Below, one piece after another: positions 19,539 through 29,749 of a stretch of DNA of 64,000 bases. The DNA comes from a virus: positions 64,001-128,000 of IMG/VR virus record IMGVR_UViG_3300045974_000166, one strand, 5' to 3'. The number at the start of each line of letters is the position of its first letter. Within the stretch, counting starts at the first letter, position 1. The position numbers and the translations under genes were made by a program. Below the pieces are notes generated by a model. The model was given only the letters and a program-made list of their open reading frames with translations, was not told the DNA's origin and searched no databases.

Positions 19539-22245
19539 CATTACATATAGACTTACTACTGCTGGCACCCCACCAGTTTCAACTACATTTAAAAATTTAC
19601 CTCTATCTAATGCAGAAATTGATGGTAACTTAAAGTCTATTATCACCGATGTAGATCTAAAAGCTCCGATTGATTCTCCTACATTCACCACAACAGCGGC
19701 CGCACCAACACCAGCACTAGCCGACAATACTACAAAAATTGCTACCACAGCATTCGTACAAGCAAATACTGTACCGCTACGCGCAGCTTCAACAGCAGGC
19801 ACATTTGATCAGTCTGCCACAACACCCACAAGTGTTACTCGTCTAAATTATTCTGGTGTATTTTGGCCAACAGCTATTAATTTGACAGGTACTGCAGATA
19901 CAACAGTTGCTGCCACAAATTATTTTGTAGAGACTGCTACCGATGGGGTTATACGTCCAAAACTTCTAGCAGATGTTAAAACAGAACTTGTTACAACCGC
20001 CGCAGTTAATTCTGCACTAGCTACATCAGTTGGTACAGTATTGACAGGCAATTGGCAAGCGACAGCTGTCGGAGTAACTTATGGTGGTACTGGTTTATCT
20101 TCATATGCCGTAGGTGATATTCCTTATGCTTCTGCTTCTAATGTAATTTCTAAATTGGCCGATGTTGCCGCCGGTTCTGTAATTATTTCAGGTGGTGTCG
20201 GCATTGCTCCATCATACGGTAAAGTAGGTCTTACGACTCATGTATCTGGAACATTGCCAATTGCTAGTGGTGGTACTGGCCAGACTACTGCTCAGTTAGC
20301 TATTAATGCTCTTACCGGTACAACTACCGGTACGTATCTTCGTGGCGACGGTGTAAATGCATCAATGTCGCCAATCCAGATACTCGATGTTCCAACTCTG
20401 AACCAATCAACTACTGGCACTGCTACAAATGCAGTTAATCTAAATGGCACTGGTACAGCACAAACAGCTGCTACTGCCGGTTCTGGTTATGGATTGTGGG
20501 CATCTGCTCCAATCACCTATGGCACTATGATGTCTGCTTCGACAGATATAACTTATGGTGGTAGAAATGGTACAGAAAGTACATCTGACTACAATATGTA
20601 CTTTACCATGGCCGGTGGTATAAATCGTGGATTCTTATTTAGATCAGCATACGGCGCAAATTTACTTTCGGTCAATCCAGATGGTATTAGAACCGGCATT
20701 GCTATTAATGGTACAGATTTAATTCTCTCTGGTAATTTAACTGTTAATGGTACTACGACAACTATTAATTCTACAACAATTTCCGTAGATGATATCAACA
20801 TAGAAATCGGTTCTGTTGCGGTACCAACCGATGTTACGGCAAATGGCGGCGGCATTACTCTTAGAGGAACTACAAATAAAACTCTTACTTGGGATTCTAC
20901 TAATACGAATTGGACTTCTTCTGAACATTGGAATATTCCAACTGGTAAGTCTTATAAAATCAACAACATTGCTTTGCTTACCGCTACTACGGTGCTTGGT
21001 AAAACTGTCGGTGATTCTACTGCTGGTGCCATCGTCACTATTGATGGAATACAGACGCTAGCAAACAAAACATTTACTGCACCTGCGCTTGGTACTCCTG
21101 CTTCTGGTGTCTTGACTAATTGTACTGGTACAGCTGCTGGCCTAACTTCTGGATCTGTTACTAATGCTACCTTGTCTACGGCTCTGACAGTCAACACAGG
21201 TTCACTTACTTTAGCTGGTAATATAGCAAATACATCGGTACTTACTGTTGGTGCGGGCGCATCCTCTGTCTCTGGCTCAAACACAGGTGATCAGACTGGT
21301 GGCACCCCTGCGCTAGTTTTTGGCACCACAAATACAGCTGGCGCTTCTACTAATTTCCTACGTAGAGATGATACTGTAGCAATATTTGATGGTACTGTGG
21401 GTGTTGTACCTACAACTGTTGCAACATCTGGTTTATCTACTGCTGGCACCGCCGCATTCGCTGCTCGACAAGATCATACTCACAACATTCCTATTTTAAG
21501 TGGCACAGTTTCTGGTATTGTAGCTACACAAGGTACTAGTGCTACTAATCTTTGGCTTAACGGTAATGGTGCTTGGTCGGCACCCACTTATGCTCAGATT
21601 GGGGCCTTGGGTGCTTCTGGTTCTGTGTATCTGGGCACAACCCCAGTTTTATATAATAGAGGTCCTGGTGCACTTTCATTGGCTGGTGTAAGTATTGATG
21701 GATCGGCTGGTACAGCAGGTTCAGCAAGCTCGGCCGATGCTTTAAATACTGCTAATTCTTATCAAGGTGTAAATTTTACTTCTACTGGTAGATTCTTAGC
21801 GGCCAGCGGTTCAGCAGCTGTGCCATCTATTGCTTGGTCAGCTGATGGTGGAACTGATACTGGATTTTATTGGGGCGGTGATGGCTATACATTCTTTACT
21901 AATAATAGTGTTTATAGCGGACAGATCGGCCCAGGCGGCAATCTTATTATGGTTGGCAATGTCACTGCTTATTCAGATATCCGAATCAAGACTAACATCA
22001 CAAAGATTACTGGCGCACTAGATAAAGTAGATCAACTAAATGGTTATACATTTGATCGTACCGATGTAAATTTACCTAGACAGACCGGTGTGATTGCTCA
22101 GGAAGTTCTTAAGGTACTTCCGGAAGCAGTCATGGGCACTGAAGAAACTAAATACTCTGTTGCTTACGGTAACATGGTTGGTCTATTGATTGAAGCAATT
22201 AAGGAACTTCGAGCAGAAGTTGCAGAACTTAAGGGATTGAAATAA
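19528..22245 (+). CDS. Tail fibre 2 with C-terminal S74 chaperone
   Basis: N-terminus is paralogous to fibre 1 (LSNAEIDGNLK); GGTG repeats; YSDIRIKTNI..GVIAQEV..VAYGNMVGLLIEAIKEL. Confidence 0.85.
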   Translation: MTANITYRLTTAGTPPVSTTFKNLPLSNAEIDGNLKSIITDVDLKAPIDSPTFTTTAAAPTPALADNTTKIATTAFVQANTVPLRAASTAGTFDQSATTPTSVTRLNYSGVFWPTAINLTGTADTTVAATNYFVETATDGVIRPKLLADVKTELVTTAAVNSALATSVGTVLTGNWQATAVGVTYGGTGLSSYAVGDIPYASASNVISKLADVAAGSVIISGGVGIAPSYGKVGLTTHVSGTLPIASGGTGQTTAQLAINALTGTTTGTYLRGDGVNASMSPIQILDVPTLNQSTTGTATNAVNLNGTGTAQTAATAGSGYGLWASAPITYGTMMSASTDITYGGRNGTESTSDYNMYFTMAGGINRGFLFRSAYGANLLSVNPDGIRTGIAINGTDLILSGNLTVNGTTTTINSTTISVDDINIEIGSVAVPTDVTANGGGITLRGTTNKTLTWDSTNTNWTSSEHWNIPTGKSYKINNIALLTATTVLGKTVGDSTAGAIVTIDGIQTLANKTFTAPALGTPASGVLTNCTGTAAGLTSGSVTNATLSTALTVNTGSLTLAGNIANTSVLTVGAGASSVSGSNTGDQTGGTPALVFGTTNTAGASTNFLRRDDTVAIFDGTVGVVPTTVATSGLSTAGTAAFAARQDHTHNIPILSGTVSGIVATQGTSATNLWLNGNGAWSAPTYAQIGALGASGSVYLGTTPVLYNRGPGALSLAGVSIDGSAGTAGSASSADALNTANSYQGVNFTSTGRFLAASGSAAVPSIAWSADGGTDTGFYWGGDGYTFFTNNSVYSGQIGPGGNLIMVGNVTAYSDIRIKTNITKITGALDKVDQLNGYTFDRTDVNLPRQTGVIAQEVLKVLPEAVMGTEETKYSVAYGNMVGLLIEAIKELRAEVAELKGLK

Positions 22246-22246
22246 T

Positions 22247-22867
22247 ATGGTGATGCCGGCATCTGGTGGACTTAATTTAGCTGGTACTTCTACTCCAGTT
22301 AGTGTAGCCCAAGAACTTGGTTTGGGCTTAACAACTACAATATCAATGAACCAGGCAGCAGTTAGAACTTTGGCGGGTGCTGGGGGTTCTGGTACTTCTT
22401 GGAGTATGAGTTCTTTATATGGGAAAAGTAATGCAGCAAGTGTTATTACATCCCCTTATTTTGTCGCAAGTGCGGCTATGAATATAGAAGGCGCGGCCAC
22501 CGCGAGAATAACCTTCAGCGGGGTTACGGGTTTAATAACTACGGTTGCAAATGCTGGCGGCATCACCGGAGGTACACTTGCTTCTGCTTGGTTGACCTCA
22601 GGGCTTGCTGCTGGCCAAACTGTTTATCTACGACTCCATGTAAATAGTAAATCAGCCACCGGCACCAATTTAACCGCTTTTGGAAGTCCTGTAACGGGCG
22701 CGACTAGCGCATGGTATGGTGTTACCTCTGCCACTGCTATGCAAATCTCTGCAGCAGCATCCATAAATTTTATGTACTCGGCTAGTGTGTATTTTCAAGT
22801 GTCCTTGGATGCCTCGACAGTGCTTGCAACGACACCTACTATTGTTATTGTCGCTAATAACATATAA
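22247..22867 (+). CDS. Fibre-tip/adhesin-like partner of fibre 2
   Basis: MPASG..SVAQELG..ISMN..VRTLAG..SMSSLYGKSN N-terminal motif seen downstream of S74 fibres. Confidence 0.55.
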   Translation: MVMPASGGLNLAGTSTPVSVAQELGLGLTTTISMNQAAVRTLAGAGGSGTSWSMSSLYGKSNAASVITSPYFVASAAMNIEGAATARITFSGVTGLITTVANAGGITGGTLASAWLTSGLAAGQTVYLRLHVNSKSATGTNLTAFGSPVTGATSAWYGVTSATAMQISAAASINFMYSASVYFQVSLDASTVLATTPTIVIVANNI

Positions 22868-22882
22868 GCAGTAAATCTAACA

Positions 22883-24400
22883 ATGCTCAACGAATCAGTA
22901 CAAAATCTAACAGAAAAGACCTTTGGTACGACAAAGCAAGCACCAGTAGACTTTGACCCAAAAACACCAGAAGAATATGATCTGGTCTACGGTCCAGCAC
23001 TAAAGCAGGCAGAAAAGAAGGGTGACAAAGTTACAGTTCATATTCTTGAAAATGAACGTGCCAAATTGGTAGCTAAAACTACGGCTGCTGTGGCCCCAGC
23101 TAAAATTCCAGATGCCATAGTTGCAATGGAAGCTGCGGTTACAGAACAACCCACAGAAACAAAGTCTCAAACACCTGAATTATCAGAAGGTGTTACAAAA
23201 AATAAAAAGAGTGAATTTACAAGACTAAACAAGATGTTAGAGGCATTTTGTAATGCCGAGCTCTATGTAAATAAACAAACTTTAGATGAAGTAAAAAAGA
23301 CAAACGAATTTCTTAAAAAGAAAGAAGAAACTGCTAAAAAGAAGGATGTAGCACCCCCAAAAGCTATAGTGCCAACTCCAACTGCGGTCAAAGTAGAACC
23401 ACCTCCCGTTCCAGAACCAATAGTAAAACCTGCACAAACAGAGAGAACTCAGGTCCCGGAACCAATAGTCAAATCCGATTCACCAGAACCGACTCCTATT
23501 CCCCGCGTAAGAAAAAGAGAAGTAGAACCAGCAGATGATCAACCTCGGCAATCTATTCTAGATAAAGCATACAGCAAATCATACAACGCAGTTACTAATC
23601 TACTTACTGGAAGCAAATCTGATAACTCAGAAGTAGACGAAGAAATTCTTGTCGAGGCAAAGAAAACAAACGAACTGTTAGAAGATGCCGCCGAGGAAAG
23701 AAAAATGGCTCATGCACTAGCAGATGAAACTGCTTCGGAACGTGTGTCACCTGTAAAATCAGCCGCGCCTAAAGATCTACAAAAGAAAAATATAGAAGTA
23801 GAAAATAAGCCACGCACTTCGCTTACTTCTACAATTCTTGAAAAGGGTGCTGGAATATTGGGTTCTGCAGGTAAAATGGCCCTTCCAGCACTGGCAGTTG
23901 CCGGAGCCGGAGCAGCTGGATATGCAGCTGGAAACTGGCTCAATGAAAACACAAACATCCAAGAAAACATTGCCGGTGGTGTAGAAACCGTCAAGGGTTG
24001 GTTTGGCAATTCATTTGAAGATAAGCAGAAAGAAGCTGATAAGAAATCCACTCAAGATCTTTATGAGAAAAAGGTAAAAGAAGGTAAACTTACTGCTAAA
24101 TCTGCTGCATTCTTTGAAAAGCAAGGTGTCAAGGTAGATAAATCTAAGATAACAGAAGTACCAGAAGCGGCCAAATCTTCTGTAATTACTTCTGTAGAAA
24201 AATCTGTTGCAACTAAGGATGCCAATACCGATGCAGCAAAAACTCAACAAGTGACACCTCCACCGATGGTATTAAATACTACAAATAATGTAGGTTCTGG
24301 CAGTTCTTCACCTACTATCATTTCTGGTATGAACATAAGAAATTCCGAAAGTACATTTGACCGAGTTCAAATGCAAAATTACTGGTCTAGGACAATATAA
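22883..24400 (+). CDS. Putative baseplate hub / tape-measure-type (gp29-like) protein
   Basis: Low complexity with PEPIVK repeats, an AGAGAAGYAAG helix and a C-terminal NTTNNV..IRNSESTF motif. Confidence 0.4.
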   Translation: MLNESVQNLTEKTFGTTKQAPVDFDPKTPEEYDLVYGPALKQAEKKGDKVTVHILENERAKLVAKTTAAVAPAKIPDAIVAMEAAVTEQPTETKSQTPELSEGVTKNKKSEFTRLNKMLEAFCNAELYVNKQTLDEVKKTNEFLKKKEETAKKKDVAPPKAIVPTPTAVKVEPPPVPEPIVKPAQTERTQVPEPIVKSDSPEPTPIPRVRKREVEPADDQPRQSILDKAYSKSYNAVTNLLTGSKSDNSEVDEEILVEAKKTNELLEDAAEERKMAHALADETASERVSPVKSAAPKDLQKKNIEVENKPRTSLTSTILEKGAGILGSAGKMALPALAVAGAGAAGYAAGNWLNENTNIQENIAGGVETVKGWFGNSFEDKQKEADKKSTQDLYEKKVKEGKLTAKSAAFFEKQGVKVDKSKITEVPEAAKSSVITSVEKSVATKDANTDAAKTQQVTPPPMVLNTTNNVGSGSSSPTIISGMNIRNSESTFDRVQMQNYWSRTI

Positions 24401-25359
24401 TGACAATAACATCAAAAGTAGATCTAATTGAATATGCTCTGAAGAAACTTGGAAAGCCAGTTATCAATATAGAGGTAGATGCTACTCAAGTAGAAGATCG
24501 TGTAAATGAAGCTCTCCAGTTTTTCCAAGACTTCCACTATGATGGCACCGAGCGTATCTATTTGAAGCATCAAGTTCAACCAACAGTGATCACCGTATCA
24601 ACTACTGCTGGATTTTCTATCAATGAAATTGTTTCATCTCCAGATGGAACTCATTTTGGTATCATAGCTATGACGGCAACTTCGTTTGCCACCCGAGCTA
24701 TTCTGACCGCACACGATTCTCCTGCTGCACTCTATACGGTGGGTGATGTTTTAACTGGTAGATCTACTGGTTCTGTGTGTACATTTGTTTCATCTGTACA
24801 GGGTGATATAGAATCTGGTTCTGTACCAATTTCAGACATGGTCACCGGCATCATTCGTGCAATTCCTTGGTTCCAAGGTATCAATTCATCTAACTTCATG
24901 TTTGACCCAAAATATCAAGTTATCATGTCGACATTCCAAAATCTTGGTTCATCATCGATGGTCTATTTCGAACAGTTAATGCAACACATTAGTCTTATTG
25001 ATCAAGTACTTCGGCCGATAGATTCGGTGCGGTTTAACCGGAAAATGAGCAAAGTTTATTTAGATATCGACTGGGCACTTGCTAACCCAGGTGACTACAT
25101 TGTGTTTGAATGCTATCGGATTCTTGATCCAGAAGTATTCACCACGATCTATAATGATCGGATGCTCAAGAAATTAGTTACAGCTTGCGTAAAGCAGCAA
25201 TGGGCCACAAATACTCAGAAATATTCTGGTATCCAACTTCTCGGTGGTGTAACTATAGATGCTAGTACTCTTATGTCGCAGGCCGCGGCAGAAATTGCCT
25301 CTGCTGAACAGGAAATAAGAGATTCATACCAAGAAATGCCAATGGGCTTTATAGGCTAA
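24400..25359 (+). CDS. gp13: Neck protein gp13
   Basis: LIEYALKKLGKPVINIEVD..QVEDRVNEALQFFQDFHYDG; KQQWATN..KYSGIQLLGGVT. Confidence 0.92.
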   Translation: MTITSKVDLIEYALKKLGKPVINIEVDATQVEDRVNEALQFFQDFHYDGTERIYLKHQVQPTVITVSTTAGFSINEIVSSPDGTHFGIIAMTATSFATRAILTAHDSPAALYTVGDVLTGRSTGSVCTFVSSVQGDIESGSVPISDMVTGIIRAIPWFQGINSSNFMFDPKYQVIMSTFQNLGSSSMVYFEQLMQHISLIDQVLRPIDSVRFNRKMSKVYLDIDWALANPGDYIVFECYRILDPEVFTTIYNDRMLKKLVTACVKQQWATNTQKYSGIQLLGGVTIDASTLMSQAAAEIASAEQEIRDSYQEMPMGFIG

Positions 25360-25360
25360 A

Positions 25361-25603
25361 ATGATACAAGAAGACAAAATAAAACATTTTTTAGCTGGCG
25401 CCGGAATAGTTTTTATTTCTAAATTATTTGGATTTAGTTTAGGAATTGGATTACTGATTGCTATAGCGGCTGGTGTGTTTAAAGAAATTTGGGACTATTA
25501 TCACCCAGAAACCAATACGGCAGAATCTGCCGATACTGTAGCCACGGTCTTTGGCGCTATGATAACAACACTATTACTACATTGGATAAATTATGGATAT
25601 TGA
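25361..25603 (+). CDS. Small membrane protein, holin candidate
   Basis: 80 aa with 2-3 hydrophobic segments; overlaps the endolysin start. Confidence 0.4.
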   Translation: MIQEDKIKHFLAGAGIVFISKLFGFSLGIGLLIAIAAGVFKEIWDYYHPETNTAESADTVATVFGAMITTLLLHWINYGY

Positions 25604-26126
25604 AGATACACTCACATCACTACTTAAAGTAGAAGGCGGATATACTAATGACCCACGTGACTCTGGTGGAGAAACTAACTGGGGTGTTACAAAAGCAGTA
25701 GCCGATGCATTTGGTTATACAGGTTTAATGAAGAATATGACTGCTGACCAAGCTAAGGATATCTATCGTGCTCGGTATTGGGTTCAACCAAAGTTTGACC
25801 AGTTATATCTTCTTGATAAAGACCTAGCTCTTATGCTGTTTGATATTGGTGTGAACATGGGTCAGGCAACCGGTGTAAAATTCCTACAACGTGCTCTGAA
25901 TGTGCTCAATCAAGGTGGCACAACATACCCAGATATGACCGTAGATGGTGGTCTTGGTGCCATGACTCTAGATGCAGTGAAGAAATTCATTGCTCTTCGG
26001 AAAGATGCATCAGTTCTTAAGAAACTTGTTAATGCCCAACGCGCCGTGAAGTATATCGAGATTGCCGAAGCATCACCTAAGAATGAGGCATTTGAGTATG
26101 GTTGGATTGCCAACCGGGTGGCTTAA
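25593..26126 (+). CDS. Endolysin, glycoside hydrolase family 108 with peptidoglycan-binding domain
   Basis: EGGYTNDPRDSGGETNWGVT catalytic motif; FDIGVNMG..FLQRALN..VDGGLG..FEYGWIANRV. Confidence 0.9.
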   Translation: MDIEDTLTSLLKVEGGYTNDPRDSGGETNWGVTKAVADAFGYTGLMKNMTADQAKDIYRARYWVQPKFDQLYLLDKDLALMLFDIGVNMGQATGVKFLQRALNVLNQGGTTYPDMTVDGGLGAMTLDAVKKFIALRKDASVLKKLVNAQRAVKYIEIAEASPKNEAFEYGWIANRVA

Positions 26127-26127
26127 T

Positions 26128-26637
26128 ATGTGGCCAATCCCATTCTCTCCAAAACTAATTGCTGCAGCTATTGGTCTTGCAGCCGTACTCGGCCTAGGTT
26201 ATGTAGCTTATAACCATGTCTATGACAAAGGTGCCGCGTCCGTACAAGTTCTCTGGGACAAAGTTGAAGCCGATAGAAAAGCCGTAATAGACGATCTAAA
26301 GACTAAAGCTGCACTCTCTGAGCTTACCATGAAAAAAGAATCTGAAAATCAAGTGAGGTTATTAAATGAAAAAAATAAAAGTCTTGTCGCTACTGTCGCT
26401 ACTATTACTCGTGAGTTGCAAAACCGCCCCAACCGTCCAAGTGGCACAGATCTGTCCAGCAATCCCGCCCCTGTCTGCCCAGGTGCCACCGGAAAAGAGC
26501 TTTATCGAGCCGATGCAGAATTTCTTATCGGGGAAGCTGCCAGAGCCGAAACAGTAAGAAACCAACTAGAATACTGTGTTTCTCAATACAACTCTGTGTA
26601 TCAAGAATATTTAAAGCTTCAAACTCTTCCAAAGTAA
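26128..26637 (+). CDS. Rz: i-spanin (Rz-like)
   Basis: ATG 2 nt after the endolysin stop; N-terminal TM, coiled coil, C-terminal ADAEFLIGEAARAE..LEYC; contains an embedded lipoprotein ORF. Confidence 0.8.
   Translation: MWPIPFSPKLIAAAIGLAAVLGLGYVAYNHVYDKGAASVQVLWDKVEADRKAVIDDLKTKAALSELTMKKESENQVRLLNEKNKSLVATVATITRELQNRPNRPSGTDLSSNPAPVCPGATGKELYRADAEFLIGEAARAETVRNQLEYCVSQYNSVYQEYLKLQTLPK
26366..26557 (+). CDS. Rz1: o-spanin lipoprotein (Rz1-like), embedded in Rz in another frame
   Basis: MKKIKVLSLLSLLLLVS-C lipobox followed by a Pro-rich CPAIPP mature part. Confidence 0.85.
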   Translation: MKKIKVLSLLSLLLLVSCKTAPTVQVAQICPAIPPLSAQVPPEKSFIEPMQNFLSGKLPEPKQ

Positions 26638-26640
26638 TAC

Positions 26641-27399
26641 ATGGCAGTCAATTCGTATTTTCAGACGACCGAAAACGGTTATGCTTCTGAGCAGAATTTA
26701 GTTGAGTCTCTGAACATAGAGGCTATTCAGATAGCCGGCCAGAACTATATCTATATTCCGCGGACGTTGAATAAGTTAGATCAGATCTTTGGTGAAGATG
26801 TACTTTCTTCTTTTGACTCCTATGCCGAAATAGAAATGTACATGCTAGACTTCCAAGGGCCCGGTGGCGCATCTGAAATTCTTACTAGGTTTGGTATGGA
26901 AATTCAGGATACGGCCTCGTTCATTGTAGCTCGTAAGCGCTTCACTGAGACAGTAGTACCAATTGTTCCTGCTACTCGTGACCCAAAGGTGGCATGGAGA
27001 CCAAACGAAGGTGATCTAATCTTTGCTAAGCATTCTAAGTCTCTGTTTGAAATTAAGTTTGTAGAGGATGAAGAACCTGGTTACTATCAGTTGAATAAAA
27101 AGTATGTATGGACTCTTCGAACAGAATTGGTCCAGTTTAACAATGAAAAATTTGGTACTGGATATGCAGATGTAGATGCATATTATGGAGTAAGTTTAAA
27201 TAGATTAGATATGGGTATTGCTCTTGAAGATGGTTCTGGTATTTTCCTAATGGAAAGTGGTGGCGACGTACTACTTGAAGAATATGTAGTATCTAAAGAA
27301 TACGATGATATGCATGGTTTTGGTGATAACGATGTTATCAAGCAAGAGTTTGTTAAGATCATGAATTTTAACGAGAAAGATCCCTTCGCTGGGACATAA
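26641..27399 (+). CDS. gp14: Neck protein gp14
   Basis: EQNLVESLNIEAIQIAG..YIPRT..IFGED..RPNEGDLI..LFEIKFVE. Confidence 0.92.
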   Translation: MAVNSYFQTTENGYASEQNLVESLNIEAIQIAGQNYIYIPRTLNKLDQIFGEDVLSSFDSYAEIEMYMLDFQGPGGASEILTRFGMEIQDTASFIVARKRFTETVVPIVPATRDPKVAWRPNEGDLIFAKHSKSLFEIKFVEDEEPGYYQLNKKYVWTLRTELVQFNNEKFGTGYADVDAYYGVSLNRLDMGIALEDGSGIFLMESGGDVLLEEYVVSKEYDDMHGFGDNDVIKQEFVKIMNFNEKDPFAGT

Positions 27400-27402
27400 A
27401 GC

Positions 27403-28194
27403 ATGATCACAGCTATCCCATTTTACCACGGCACTACAAGAAATCTTGTTGTAGCATTTTGTGGTTTATTCTCTAATATTTTCCTTCGCACCAGAGACGC
27501 AGCCGGAGTTTCTCAGAAGATTGTAAATGTACCTATTTCATATCTGAACAAAGAAAAGTTTCTTGTTCGGTTGACACAAGATCCTGGAATGAACGAAGAT
27601 ACGGCACTAGTACTTCCACGTCTTTCGGCCGAGATTACTAGCATACAATACGACTCATCTCGGCAGTTCAATAAAGTAAATAAGGTAGTTGGATCTACAG
27701 GTTCTCGGGCAATCTACTATTATTCACCTGTACCTTATACAGTTACATTCTCTCTGTATTCTTATACGAAGACCGTAGAGGATAATCTTCAGATCATGGA
27801 GCAAATTCTTCCATTCTTCTCTCCGGACATAAATCTGTCTATTAAGATGTTAGAAGATCCAGTACTCATTCAAGATATTCCGATGGTCTTGAACTCTGTA
27901 AATACAGATGATTCATACTCGGGTTCATTTGAGAACATGCGTACGATTATCACATCGTACTCGTTCTCAATGAAAACTTTCTATTATGGCCCGATCCTTA
28001 ACTCAATAGATCCAGAAGGTCACTTTGCATCTGGATCTGATGCTCAGATTATTAAGCAAGTTTCTATTAATGTAACTAATAACAATAAATATACAGCCGT
28101 CATAAATCCATTTGCTGCAACAGCTATGGATCCTTATTCAATTGATGAAAATTGGGTAACAATCATACCTAAAGCTGGAGATCCTATATTATGA
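27403..28194 (+). CDS. gp15: Tail terminator / sheath stabiliser gp15
   Basis: FYHGTTRNLVVAFCGLF..VPISY..KEKFL..LPRLSAE..EQILPFFSP. Confidence 0.92.
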   Translation: MITAIPFYHGTTRNLVVAFCGLFSNIFLRTRDAAGVSQKIVNVPISYLNKEKFLVRLTQDPGMNEDTALVLPRLSAEITSIQYDSSRQFNKVNKVVGSTGSRAIYYYSPVPYTVTFSLYSYTKTVEDNLQIMEQILPFFSPDINLSIKMLEDPVLIQDIPMVLNSVNTDDSYSGSFENMRTIITSYSFSMKTFYYGPILNSIDPEGHFASGSDAQIIKQVSINVTNNNKYTAVINPFAATAMDPYSIDENWVTIIPKAGDPIL

Positions 28195-28631
28195 GTACAC
28201 CAAAAGTAGAAGCATCACTGAGTTCTATATTCAATGTCGATCTTCAAGAAGTAGATCCAAATCGTTCTCTGGCAGAACTACAGGCAGAGGCACAGGCTAA
28301 ATCGATAGATAGTCTTGAATCTCAAAGAGATTATGTAAAGGCTAATCTGGTAAAACTTATTGAGCGTGGAATGGTTGCCGTAGGTGATCTCAATACTATT
28401 GCAAACTCTACGGAAAAATCTCGTGACTTCGAAGTTATGGCGGGACTCATTAAGACGTTAGTAGAAACCAATGTTGAGCTCCTCAACGTAGAAGTTGCTC
28501 ATAAACCAAAACTTGGTATTCCTGGTGCAAACGGCCAAGAAGCAACAACGATTAACAATAATACAGTATTTGTAGGACAGACAAAAGATTTGGCGGCATA
28601 TCTGAAATCTACCAATGTGATTGATAATTAA
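28191..28631 (+). CDS. gp16: Terminase small subunit gp16
   Basis: DYVKANLVKLIERG..RDFEVMAGLIK..NNNTVFVGQTKDL. Confidence 0.85.
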   Translation: MSTPKVEASLSSIFNVDLQEVDPNRSLAELQAEAQAKSIDSLESQRDYVKANLVKLIERGMVAVGDLNTIANSTEKSRDFEVMAGLIKTLVETNVELLNVEVAHKPKLGIPGANGQEATTINNNTVFVGQTKDLAAYLKSTNVIDN

Positions 28632-28637
28632 ACTTTA

Positions 28638-28645
28638 ATTAAATA
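28638..28645 (+). promoter_or_regulatory. Late promoter-like motif ATTAAATA
   Basis: Intergenic, at the head of the internal-protein block. Confidence 0.6.
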
Positions 28646-28678
28646 ATGATATTGCAACACATTAATCGATGAACTAAT

Positions 28679-29749
28679 ATGACTAAGACTTTAAGAGAAC
28701 GGTATCTAAATAATGAGATTCTTTTGATAGGGGAAATTGTAAAAGATCAGACTACAGGTGAAGACGTAAAAATTCTTGACCGCGGTTCAAATTACGTTAC
28801 AGTTGAATCATCGGCGGGAATCCAGAAAAAATGGATACAAGATGTCATTTCCGAATCGGAACCGGAAACTAAAGTCGAGCACATAGTAGAGGAAGATTTT
28901 ACCCTTCTTGAATCTGGCCAAGTTAAACTTTTTGGGTTTGAAACTCAAAATTTCTGTGTAGAACTCTCGTCATTCATCATTGAACAATTTAAAGAATTCG
29001 ACGATTTATACTCCAAGCATCAGATCATCAAACTATTGGATTATGCTCTTACCGAATCTAATATTGACAAGAAGTACGAAAATCTAGAAAAGATTAGTGC
29101 CTTCTATAAAAATAATTCAATCCAAGAACCTCTAATTGTCGAAGGCCTTAAGAATTCAATTGAACGTCTTCGTTTGGCACAGATCGTAGCTTCTATTGCC
29201 GAAATTGATACTAAACCAAGCCCATACGAAACCGTAAAGGATGCTGTTACTGCTCTTAGAAAGAAGTATACAGATCCTAAGCAGTGGCAAGTATTATGGC
29301 CATTTTTCCGTATGGTAGATGCCTCGGGCATCACTGGTATTCTTCAGATGCTTCCTTTCAAACCAACAGCACAGACACCGGTAGGCCAATCATCTAGAGT
29401 AACAGAAGAAATTCTTTCTATGATGGAAGAAAATGTTGATGAATTATTTGAGTCTCTTTGCGTTGAAGATATAATGGAAACATACTCTGCAGATGAACTA
29501 GTTGAGGCATGGGCAGTCAAAGGTTTAGATGTACTTACTCCTGCCGTAAATACTTCCGTCCTATCTGATAGAACTAAGAAACTTGCCGATACTATGATTG
29601 CACGGAGAATGTTCCAAAAATCAATGCCAGACTTAACTTCAGATGATAAGAACACATTTGGTGAAACAGTTAACCGCCGCAAACTATTGGTAGCACAACT
29701 TGCACAAAAACTACTACCAAAAGTTAAGGCTCTACAGGAAACACCATGA
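28679..29749 (+). CDS. Hypothetical head-associated protein
   Basis: N-terminal LRERYLNNEI..GEIVKD..ILDRGSNYVTV..KKWIQDV domain; from recall it resembles the C-terminal domain of T4-like 'cytidyltransferase' proteins. Confidence 0.55.
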   Translation: MTKTLRERYLNNEILLIGEIVKDQTTGEDVKILDRGSNYVTVESSAGIQKKWIQDVISESEPETKVEHIVEEDFTLLESGQVKLFGFETQNFCVELSSFIIEQFKEFDDLYSKHQIIKLLDYALTESNIDKKYENLEKISAFYKNNSIQEPLIVEGLKNSIERLRLAQIVASIAEIDTKPSPYETVKDAVTALRKKYTDPKQWQVLWPFFRMVDASGITGILQMLPFKPTAQTPVGQSSRVTEEILSMMEENVDELFESLCVEDIMETYSADELVEAWAVKGLDVLTPAVNTSVLSDRTKKLADTMIARRMFQKSMPDLTSDDKNTFGETVNRRKLLVAQLAQKLLPKVKALQETP

